Below, piece after piece: positions 30,140-37,884 of a stretch of 64,000 nt of DNA. Made by a program: the position numbers and the translations under genes. The stretch is taken from the NCBI GenBank assembly GCA_963842085.1, contig CAWJET010000001.1, positions 32,001-96,000 on the forward strand. The letters are read 5' to 3'. How positions within the stretch are numbered: the stretch's first letter is position 1; every line of letters starts with the position of its first letter. The notes under the pieces are model-generated. The model saw nothing but the letters and a program-made list of their open reading frames with translations. It did not search any database and was not told the origin of the DNA. This DNA comes from an uncultured delta proteobacterium (GTDB lineage: Bacteria > Desulfobacterota > Binatia > Binatales > Binataceae).

Positions 30140-31822
30140 TTAGTGACAAAATTTAACTTGGTGATAAGGGATCAATCCCGTTTCGAACGCCCTGGCCACT
30201 TCAGGGGCTAAGCTGTCAAGTCGAATTTTCGTGTCCGGGCGTTGGTACCGATCGATCTTGCTGCTCCCGGCCGACGAATATCCAATTAAATCAACCACTC
30301 CGTCGCAGTTCAGATCATAGTAATAGACTATCTGTTGCCATTTCGGATCCACGCCTTTGAAAACCGTATCGAGTTTGTCTTTCGTCGAAGCACCCATAAC
30401 AGCGTACTCAGGCATGTCCTGATCGCCTCGTAGCGCTAACCAAGCGTCCGGTGGAGGAGTCTGAGATTCCGTGTACGCGCCGGCGATCTTGTCGCCAAAA
30501 CGTTCGACACGGCGAATCCCTCCGTTCGCCTTAGCGGGAGCTTCGGCGACGCGGTTCGTCGATCTCTTGAGAAAGGTTTCAATAGTGTCGCCCGCGATAG
30601 CGTAGTTAAGGCCCTCTCCCTGCATGCGAAAAGAGTTTATTCCGATAACTTGAGCATTGTTGTTGAGCAACGGACCGCCCGAATTGCCAGGGTTTATTGC
30701 CGTCTGTGTCTGGATGACAGTTGCGCTATGCGTGATTTTTTCATCTTTCCATTCGTACTTCGGTCTGATCTGGCTGATGGTTCCCGTCGTATACGTCCAT
30801 ACCTCACCTTCGGGGTGCCCTATGGCATGCACGTCATCGCCGACCTCTAGTTTGGAAATATCGCCCATAGAAAGAGGATGTAGTAGGCGCGAGGGGGCTT
30901 CAACTTTCAGCATTGCCAGGTCGGAAATCTCGTCTACCTTGATAGGTACAGCTCCGTAAGCAAGATCCTTCCTTACCTCAACACCTCGCTCCGGCTTGAA
31001 AACGACCGCGATCCGTTTTGCATCGCGAATGACGTGGTAATTGGTCAGAATTTCTCCAGTATTGCTTACTAGAACGCCGCTTCCGAGACCTGTATCAGTG
31101 ACGACCAGGACAGTGCCCGGCGCCGCCTCCTTGTAAACAGCTGCGTCGACTGCTCCTCGTGTTTGTTCCAAAATGAGAGTCTTGGGCAGGCTCTCCAGAG
31201 CCGACAAAACGCGCGTATTCAATGCATCGGAGCTAGCCGAAACCGGCGCAATAGCGGGAACGATTCGCTTCGCAAATGCGCGCTCGGCAAAGGCTCCTAC
31301 GCCTTCCCGAGCAAGTTCACCACTGGACTTTCCCGGCTGAGAACCGACTCCAGAAGAACGCACCAGCACAAGTGCCAAGAGTGCGGCGACGGCGGTGCCA
31401 GCGACCCCCAGAACAACGCGAAAATCGGTGGCGAAACTTCTGACTGATTCGAACATTGAAGCGAGTCGTCTGTAGAACGACGGCTCCGCCGGGGAGGTCG
31501 AGCTGGTCTCTGCTCGCACCATTGAAATCACCTTCTGCAACAGCGCGGCGCTAGGTTCGGGACCGTGATCTTGGAGCCGCGCTAGCTCGCGAAGCTCGAT
31601 AAGGCGATTGATGCACGCGGGGCATGATCGAAGGTGCATCTCGATCGACCTGGAATCCGTCTGACGATCATCGCTAACGAACGCCGCTGAATGCAGGAGA
31701 GGCAACTTCCTCTCTGCGTCAATACTCTGGTCCAGAAAATCACCCAGCGCCTTGATCGTGGGGCAGTCAGGTCGCGACGTTTGACCGAGCTGACCGAGTA
31801 TACGCCGATCAATTTCACTCAT
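30140..31822 (-). CDS. Zinc anti-sigma (zf-HC2) domain, TM helix and trypsin-like serine protease fusion
   Basis: C...HLRSCPAC; TM VVLGVAGTAVAALLALVLV; triad TNYHV / DLAMLKV / GNSGG; C-terminal DLNCDG.VD Ca-binding-like motif. Confidence 0.88.
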   Translation of the reverse strand: MSEIDRRILGQLGQTSRPDCPTIKALGDFLDQSIDAERKLPLLHSAAFVSDDRQTDSRSIEMHLRSCPACINRLIELRELARLQDHGPEPSAALLQKVISMVRAETSSTSPAEPSFYRRLASMFESVRSFATDFRVVLGVAGTAVAALLALVLVRSSGVGSQPGKSSGELAREGVGAFAERAFAKRIVPAIAPVSASSDALNTRVLSALESLPKTLILEQTRGAVDAAVYKEAAPGTVLVVTDTGLGSGVLVSNTGEILTNYHVIRDAKRIAVVFKPERGVEVRKDLAYGAVPIKVDEISDLAMLKVEAPSRLLHPLSMGDISKLEVGDDVHAIGHPEGEVWTYTTGTISQIRPKYEWKDEKITHSATVIQTQTAINPGNSGGPLLNNNAQVIGINSFRMQGEGLNYAIAGDTIETFLKRSTNRVAEAPAKANGGIRRVERFGDKIAGAYTESQTPPPDAWLALRGDQDMPEYAVMGASTKDKLDTVFKGVDPKWQQIVYYYDLNCDGVVDLIGYSSAGSSKIDRYQRPDTKIRLDSLAPEVARAFETGLIPYHQVKFCH

Positions 31823-31931
31823 CGCGCAACGACCTCGATCTCCCGCGAAGCCGGCGGGTCGCGGAAATGCTTTCTCGCTTGCCAGACCTTATCGGTGGGT
31901 CAGTCCGAATCACGGAAACCTCAGCGGGCCT

Positions 31932-32261
31932 TTATTCCTCAGTTCCATCGACCGACTCCCCGCCCTCATCCGTGCTGACTATCGTATCATCGGGTGTGAT
32001 CACCACGTCGTCACCAGATTGCCATGTCGAAGAAGTTCCAGGATCGTCCGACTGGTAGACTTCACCGGACTGCATGATGATATGGTCGCCATCGCTGGAT
32101 ACCGTGTCGACGGTGTCGTCGTCCGAGGCCAGCGTCGGTCGGGCGCAAAAGACAACTGCGCCGATGACTAGTCCCACTAAAAGCACTTGGCTGAATCGTC
32201 TCAGGGTAAACCACCTGCTCTCGGGCTGATGGAAACCAGTTAGTTGCTCGCTCCGAATCAT
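31932..32261 (-). CDS. Small secreted, highly acidic protein
   Basis: GGAGG RBS; signal peptide ending TLA; Asp/Glu-rich mature part. Confidence 0.7.
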   Translation of the reverse strand: MIRSEQLTGFHQPESRWFTLRRFSQVLLVGLVIGAVVFCARPTLASDDDTVDTVSSDGDHIIMQSGEVYQSDDPGTSSTWQSGDDVVITPDDTIVSTDEGGESVDGTEE

Positions 32262-32286
32262 TGTTTTCGTTCCTCCTATATTGGAG

Positions 32287-32311
32287 GACTCCTGAACCGC
32301 ATTATTTTTCC
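32287..32311 (-). promoter_or_regulatory. ECF-type promoter P2 (GGAAAAA-N10-CAGGAGTC)
   Basis: Matches P1 in both boxes and in spacing; lies upstream of the 32261/anti-sigma/CHAT operon. Confidence 0.7.
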
Positions 32312-32904
32312 CTGACTCCGGTAATACCCGCTTTCTCGAGACAGTCCGCGAGTGCTTCCTTGGCCCTGTGATACTTCGACGCGACCGTTCCGTGGGGCAA
32401 CCCCAGAGTCTCAGTTATTTCCTTGTAGGCGAGCCCCCTTTCTCTCATCCAGAAGATCTCTTGGTCAATCTGCAGGATCTGTTGGATACACCTGCCGAGC
32501 TTCGTGCGGATCTCCAAACCAATCGCCTGCTCCTCGGGTCCTGGCGAAGGATCGGTGAAAACGTCGAAGGATCGCAAGAGGTCGCCGCCTTCGGTGGAGT
32601 CCGTCGGTTGTTCAAAGACTTCGAGCTTGCGGCCGTGTTTTCGCAGGCAACTCCTGGCCTCATTCTCGGTGATGACTTTGAGGTACGCGCGGAACTCGTG
32701 TTCAGATGATCCGCGAAAGCTCTTGAGCCCGCCGTTCAGCAGGACCGTGAAAACGTCCTGAAAGAGATCGTCAAGCGCTTCCTTTTCGAGATTTCGAAAC
32801 TTCTGCAGTAGACGCCAAATCAGGGGACCGTATTGGCGAACGACTGTCTCCCAAGCCTGCACCTCTCTCGCAGAGGCTCGCGCGAGAAGATCTCGTATGT
32901 CCAT
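32302..32904 (-). CDS. ECF sigma-70 family sigma factor
   Basis: AWETVVRQY, DDLFQDVF, FRAYL, GLAYKEITETLGLPHGTVASKYHRA; alternative start 32964. Confidence 0.9.
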   Translation of the reverse strand: MDIRDLLARASAREVQAWETVVRQYGPLIWRLLQKFRNLEKEALDDLFQDVFTVLLNGGLKSFRGSSEHEFRAYLKVITENEARSCLRKHGRKLEVFEQPTDSTEGGDLLRSFDVFTDPSPGPEEQAIGLEIRTKLGRCIQQILQIDQEIFWMRERGLAYKEITETLGLPHGTVASKYHRAKEALADCLEKAGITGVREK

Positions 32905-32934
32905 CCTCGACTTATCCGCGGACTTTTTGGGCGT

Positions 32935-32959
32935 GGAAAAAAATTCGGTGACAGGAGTC
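32935..32959 (+). promoter_or_regulatory. ECF-type promoter P1 (GGAAAAA-N10-CAGGAGTC)
   Basis: ggaaaaa-aattcggtga-caggagtc, upstream of the 33024 operon. Confidence 0.7.
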
Positions 32960-33023
32960 TCCATTATACAAGAGCGCCGATTCAGAGAGACGGCGCCGGA
33001 ACAAACAAATGGAGGATTTGGCG

Positions 33024-33365
33024 ATGTTGAATATCAAATGGCTCGGAAAGATCGTGCTCGCGGCGGCCGTTACACTCACGGCGGCTTCCCCCTCACGCGC
33101 AGATGAGTACGTGCACGGTTACTACCGCAGTAACGGCACGTACGTCCAGCCTTACTCTCGGAGCGAACCGGACGGAAATCCCTACAACAATTACAGCTAT
33201 CCGGGCAATTTGAACCCGTACACCGGTCAGGTCGCACCTGGAAATACGGACACCTACCTCAGGAACTACTACGAACGCGAGGGGGGCTCCAGCGGATACG
33301 GATCGGACTACGACGCTGGCTCAGATGGAGGGTCAACCTCAGGTGACGGTTCCGGAGACGAGTAG
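33024..33365 (+). CDS. Small secreted protein (GY.R.NGTYVQP...GN.NPYTG family)
   Basis: Signal peptide, GGAGG RBS, motif shared with the 33857 protein. Confidence 0.75.
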   Translation: MLNIKWLGKIVLAAAVTLTAASPSRADEYVHGYYRSNGTYVQPYSRSEPDGNPYNNYSYPGNLNPYTGQVAPGNTDTYLRNYYEREGGSSGYGSDYDAGSDGGSTSGDGSGDE

Positions 33366-33407
33366 CGGCGTGGGGCTCGACTAGCGAATAGACAAGGGTG
33401 AAGAAAA

Positions 33408-33860
33408 ATGAATCGGAATAAAAAGTTTTCTTTCTGGCCGGCGGTGGGTGATGAACAGGCGGCGGTCCTCGCCGCCCGTCAGGGCTTTCACGCGGCCGTG
33501 TACTGTTCGATCGTGACGGCGATTTTCGCGGTCTTGGGCGGTTTCGGATTTAAGATCATGGATTTTGATCTGTGGAACCTTACCGACGCTGCTCTCATGG
33601 CGCTGCTCGCTTTCGGGATTCGCCGAATGTCGAGAACGGCCGCTCTGATTGCGTTTCTGTACTACGTTGCTGGACGAATAGATTTGTGGACCGAGTACGG
33701 TTCCCAGAATGCAGTCATTGCCGGAATCTTCGTTTTGATGTTCCTGTCGGCTGTACGTGGCACATTCGCCTATCACCGTTTGAGGCCGCGACTTGAAGGG
33801 TTGAATCAGGTTCCGGCAGCCGATCCCAGCGCAGACCTTTCGCTCGAGGCTATCATATGA
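33408..33860 (+). CDS. Hypothetical membrane protein (~4 TM)
   Basis: Hydrophobic segments; operonic position. Confidence 0.7.
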   Translation: MNRNKKFSFWPAVGDEQAAVLAARQGFHAAVYCSIVTAIFAVLGGFGFKIMDFDLWNLTDAALMALLAFGIRRMSRTAALIAFLYYVAGRIDLWTEYGSQNAVIAGIFVLMFLSAVRGTFAYHRLRPRLEGLNQVPAADPSADLSLEAII

Positions 33861-34138
33861 AGATCCACCTGGTCATTGCGTGTGCCATCGGACTGGCCTC
33901 AGCTCTGATGGTTCCAAAAGTTGCGACGGCGGGAAGATATCGCCCGTACGCTCAGAGTCAGATGAGGGTTCACTCGCCTCACTCACCCGTTCACGTGAGG
34001 AGCTACATCCGGCATGACGGGCAGTACGTTGGTCCCCATTTCAGAACTGCGCCCAATCACACCAAGCTAGACAACTGGAGTACTCGCGGAAACGTTAATC
34101 CGTACACAGGAAAAATCGGGACGAAGGCGCCCTTTTAG
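33857..34138 (+). CDS. Small secreted protein, paralog of 33024
   Basis: VRSYIRHDGQYVGPHFRTAPN..DNWSTRGNVNPYTG. Confidence 0.75.
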   Translation: MKIHLVIACAIGLASALMVPKVATAGRYRPYAQSQMRVHSPHSPVHVRSYIRHDGQYVGPHFRTAPNHTKLDNWSTRGNVNPYTGKIGTKAPF

Positions 34139-34141
34139 GAT

Positions 34142-34383
34142 TTGAATTCTGCGCCGCGAGAGAATGCCGTGCTCCAACAAGGTTCAGTTATCGGGGGTCG
34201 CTACGAAATTGTCGATCTTCTCGGCGGTGGGGGAATGAAGCAGGTATCGCTCGCCCGCGACCGAAGGCTCGGCGGCCGACTCTGCGCGCTGGCGGAAATG
34301 ATCGATTCCTTCGCAGCTCCGAAGGCGCGCGCGGCGGCAGAGGCTGCATTCAGACGCGAAGCCGAACTGCTTGGGAGCCTGAG
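34142..34383 (+). pseudogene. N-lobe of a Hanks-type Ser/Thr kinase, truncated by IS
   Basis: GRYEIVDLLGGGGMKQV.LARD..CALAEM..FRREAELL, then the IS end. Confidence 0.8.
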
Positions 34384-34471
34384 TGTTCCCCGTCAGCACA
34401 AGTTGGACAATTCGAGGCGATTGAGGAAGAGAGGGTTTTTGGCTCATCTTTAACCGCGGAAGGAGCGGTAG

Positions 34472-34846
34472 ATGAGATCGAAAATCGATGCGCAGTCGGA
34501 TGGGGCGGAAAAGGCGGTACGCGACATAAGGCGGGCGACCCGCCGGCACTTCTCGGCTGAGGACAAGGTCCGGATCGTGATCGCCGGCCTGCGCGGCGAG
34601 GATAGCGTGGCCGAGTTGTGCCGCAAGGAAGGGATCAACCAGAACCTCTACTATCGCTGGTCCAAGGACTTCCTGGAGGCGGGCAAGAGGCGGCTGGCCG
34701 GCGATACCGCGCGTGAAGCGACCAGCGATGAAGTCAAGGAGCTGCGGGCGGAGAGCCATCAGCTCAAGGAACTGCTGGCCGAACTGATGATGGAGAACCG
34801 CCTGCTCAAAAAAAGCGTGCTGGCGGATGGGGAGTCCGATATATGA
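34472..34846 (+). CDS. IS3-family OrfA
   Basis: Identical translation to 25177-25551. Confidence 0.9.
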   Translation: MRSKIDAQSDGAEKAVRDIRRATRRHFSAEDKVRIVIAGLRGEDSVAELCRKEGINQNLYYRWSKDFLEAGKRRLAGDTAREATSDEVKELRAESHQLKELLAELMMENRLLKKSVLADGESDI

Positions 34847-35856
34847 GGTACGCGGCCGCCGAGAAGCTGGAGATCATCCGGCTGGTCGAGCAGTCGTCGC
34901 TGCCGGTGCGGCGCACCCTGGAGCAGATCGGCATCCCACGGTCCACCTTCTATTGCTGGTACGATCGCTATCGAACTCGCGATGATGAAGGGCTGGAGGA
35001 TCGCACGCCGGCGCCGCGGCGGGTGTGGAACAAGCTCCCAGCTGCAGTTACTCAGGCCGTGCTCGAGCTTGCGCTCAAAGAACCGCAGCTATCGCCGCGG
35101 GAGTTGGCGGTCTCGTTCGTCGACCAGCAGCAGTACTTCGTCTCGGAAGCCTCAGTTTATCGGCTGCTGAAGGCGCACGACCTGATCACCAGCCCGGCCT
35201 TCATCTTGATGAAGGCAGCCGACAGCTTCGCCCATCCAACCACCGCACCCAATCAACTCTGGCAGACCGACTTTACCTACCTGCGGGTGATCGGCTGGGG
35301 CTGGTTCTATCTGTCGACTGTCCTTGATGACTTCTCGCGCTATATCCTGGCCTGGAAGCTGTGTACCACCATGACTGCCACCGATGTCTCCGACACCCTC
35401 GCGATGGCGCTGCGCAACTCCGGGTTGGAGCGCGTCCGCGTCCGGCACCGGCCGCGCCTGCTGAGCGACAACGGACCGTCGTACGTGTCGGCCCAGCTTG
35501 GCTCCTGGCTCGCGGAGCATGGCATGATGCATACCCGCGGCAAGCCCTATCACCCGATGACCCAGGGTAAGATCGAACGTTACCATCGTTCGATGAAGAA
35601 CCAGATCCTGCTCGAGAACTACTACCTGCCCGGTCAGCTCGAAGCGCGCCTGGCCGAGTTCGTCGACTACTACAACTCGCGCCGCTACCACGAAAGTCTC
35701 AACAACCTGACCCCGGCCGACGTCTACTTCGGCCGAGGTCCCGCGATTCTGTCACGGAGGAAAAATGCCAAACTGAAAACCATCGAAGCCAGACGCCGGC
35801 TGCATCATTCGTTCGCAGCCAAAGGTTCAACTCAGATGGACCAGATCCTCTCTTAA
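34843..35856 (+). CDS. IS3-family transposase OrfB
   Basis: Identical translation to 24167-25180. Confidence 0.93.
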   Translation: MRYAAAEKLEIIRLVEQSSLPVRRTLEQIGIPRSTFYCWYDRYRTRDDEGLEDRTPAPRRVWNKLPAAVTQAVLELALKEPQLSPRELAVSFVDQQQYFVSEASVYRLLKAHDLITSPAFILMKAADSFAHPTTAPNQLWQTDFTYLRVIGWGWFYLSTVLDDFSRYILAWKLCTTMTATDVSDTLAMALRNSGLERVRVRHRPRLLSDNGPSYVSAQLGSWLAEHGMMHTRGKPYHPMTQGKIERYHRSMKNQILLENYYLPGQLEARLAEFVDYYNSRRYHESLNNLTPADVYFGRGPAILSRRKNAKLKTIEARRRLHHSFAAKGSTQMDQILS

Positions 35857-35989
35857 TTCCTGTGCCAACTTGTCCAATAGGTTCTGACGACGTACAGGGG
35901 GCGGGGTAAGGAAGGCGATTCGATATGTTCGGGTTACCGTGGTGACTTGAGCGGAGGATCGAGGTTCACCGAAGACCGAGGTGCGCGCA

Positions 35990-36499
35990 ATGCCAGATCG
36001 AAGGATGGTGACGTTTACTTCTGGCGGGGCCCGTTTTACGTATCGGGTCGGCGCGATCATTACTCGCGACGACAACGTGCTTCTGATGCGCAACCTGGCG
36101 GAAGATTATTGGTTCGTCCCAGGTGGCCGGGCCGAGATCGGCGAGTCCGCGGCAAAAGCTCTTGCGCGAGAAATCGCCGAGGAGCTGGGCGTCACGGCGC
36201 GCGTGGAGCGGCTAATCTGGATAAACGAGAATTTCTTCCGCATCGGAGAAACGTACCACCATGAATTGGCCCTGTATTTCAGCGTCGCGATACCTGCCGA
36301 GGTTCATCCGGACCTCTCGACGACGTTCTACATTGATGAGGCCGACGGTTCGCGATTCGAGGTGGCTTGGCACCGAAGGGACGCCCTCAAAGAAGTCCAC
36401 CTGGTACCCGGTTTCCTGACCGAAGCGCTTACAAAGATTCCGGGCGATGTTCGGCACGTGGTTCACGTCGATGACTCGGCTCGCGATTGGATATCTTGA
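35990..36499 (+). CDS. NUDIX hydrolase
   Basis: PGGRAEIGESAAKALAREIAEELG nudix box. Confidence 0.88.
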   Translation: MPDRRMVTFTSGGARFTYRVGAIITRDDNVLLMRNLAEDYWFVPGGRAEIGESAAKALAREIAEELGVTARVERLIWINENFFRIGETYHHELALYFSVAIPAEVHPDLSTTFYIDEADGSRFEVAWHRRDALKEVHLVPGFLTEALTKIPGDVRHVVHVDDSARDWIS

Positions 36500-36562
36500 A
36501 CAGGAAGAGCGTGGCCGCCGGGCCCGTCGATATGCTCGGGTTGCCGTGGTGAGCTTGATCTC

Positions 36563-37375
36563 GTGATTCGGCGTGGGGCTGAAGCTGCGATGACCAAAGA
36601 GCAGGTTGATCAGATCGCGCGAGAGACACTGGCCGCAGATTGCGGATGCTCGACGGTGCTGTTCGGTTCGGAAGGAGTGTCTGTAGTTCGTTCGCTTCCT
36701 TCCGGGGGCAGGCGCTATCAGCCTGCGCGTGCTTTGATGGTCGCAGCTTATGGCCAAGGTGCGGTGGTAGCTTGCTCCGACGCTCATTTCGAATGGGCGC
36801 GTCAGAACCTCGGACATCTCAGGCAGACCCAGTTGTTCTCAACCGCTTGCATTTCCGAGCTGTCGAGCAGGATCGAGAGCGAACATCCGGGATGGGAACT
36901 TGGAGGTCCTCACCTGCGATTTCTCTGCGCCAGCGACAGCCTTACGCCAGAACCGCATCTTGGGGGAGTCGAGGTGCGGCTTCTGCAGCCCGCCGAATTT
37001 GCGCATTTGTACGAACGACGTGCAGAGCTCTCCAATGCGTTGGGCGAGCCCGGTACAGAAAACAGTGATCGGCTGGTGGCTGCCGCGTATCGCGACGGCG
37101 CGCTGCTCGCCGCTGCTGGCGCTTCGGAAGACGCGCCAGCGCTTTGGCAAATTGGTGTCGATACATTGACCGATGCAAGACGGCGCGGACTCGCGAGTCT
37201 CGTGGTCTGGCATCTGACGGCGCGCCTACTGCGCGACGGAATTGCGGCCTACTACTCCACACTACTCGCGAATGTCGTTTCGCAACGCGTCGCGCGGGTG
37301 GTCGGCTATTGGCCCGCGTGGATCGAAATGGAAGCTCGACCCAACCGCCGTGTGTCAGCGACGGCGACGATTTAG
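36563..37375 (+). CDS. GNAT-family acetyltransferase
   Basis: WQIGVDTL...RRRGLAS, YYST...N..SQRVA...GY. Confidence 0.75.
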   Translation: MIRRGAEAAMTKEQVDQIARETLAADCGCSTVLFGSEGVSVVRSLPSGGRRYQPARALMVAAYGQGAVVACSDAHFEWARQNLGHLRQTQLFSTACISELSSRIESEHPGWELGGPHLRFLCASDSLTPEPHLGGVEVRLLQPAEFAHLYERRAELSNALGEPGTENSDRLVAAAYRDGALLAAAGASEDAPALWQIGVDTLTDARRRGLASLVVWHLTARLLRDGIAAYYSTLLANVVSQRVARVVGYWPAWIEMEARPNRRVSATATI

Positions 37376-37876
37376 TTTCTTCTCGAAGATGATCGCTTCG
37401 CACTGCACTTCGCCTGCCGTGTAGGGCCTCCGAATCCCAGTGTCGGTGGCGCCCATACGTTTCCACAAGTTCACGACAATGTCATTGGTCACGGGCACGG
37501 AACCGCGAACAGCGGAGATCTCAGGCCATGAAAGAGCGATTTTCTCTAGCGCCATGCATGCTCGTACGCCGAGCCCCCGCTTTTGGTATCGCTCGGAAAG
37601 CAGAACGAGTCCTAGATAGGCGGTCTTCTCGTCGGGATACCCGCGCAGCAGGTCTGCGCAGCCGATCATTTCGTCCCGCAGATAAATTCCGAAGAGATAG
37701 TCGTGTTCCGGTTCTCTGCCGGGTGGAAGCTCGGCGGGGCACATCTCCTCGAGTGTCGGAATGTGACCGATGACGCGCATGCAGTAGTCCGGTGCCTCCG
37801 CATAGACCCTCTGGAACGCCCGCTTGTCGGCCTCGGACCTTTCACGAGAGAAGCGGACGAGGCGAATCCCGCGCAT
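37355..37876 (-). CDS. GNAT-family acetyltransferase
   Basis: AYLGLVLLSERYQKRGLG. Confidence 0.82.
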   Translation of the reverse strand: MRGIRLVRFSRERSEADKRAFQRVYAEAPDYCMRVIGHIPTLEEMCPAELPPGREPEHDYLFGIYLRDEMIGCADLLRGYPDEKTAYLGLVLLSERYQKRGLGVRACMALEKIALSWPEISAVRGSVPVTNDIVVNLWKRMGATDTGIRRPYTAGEVQCEAIIFEKKLNRRRR

Positions 37877-37884
37877 CGGCTTGG

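Larger units (their letters stand above)
34384..35896 (+). mobile_element. IS3-family insertion sequence, copy 2 (1513 bp, inverted relative to copy 1)
   Basis: Same ORF translations, length and ends as copy 1; no TSD. Confidence 0.93.

Noticed and set aside
34073-34092. WSTRGN in the small secreted protein as a CHAT cleavage site
   Set aside because: Falls within the family motif, and the paralog has YSYPGN there; probably coincidental
24121-35902. Target-site duplication for either IS copy or for a composite transposon
   Set aside because: No 3-6 bp match among the four flanks in direct or inverted pairings
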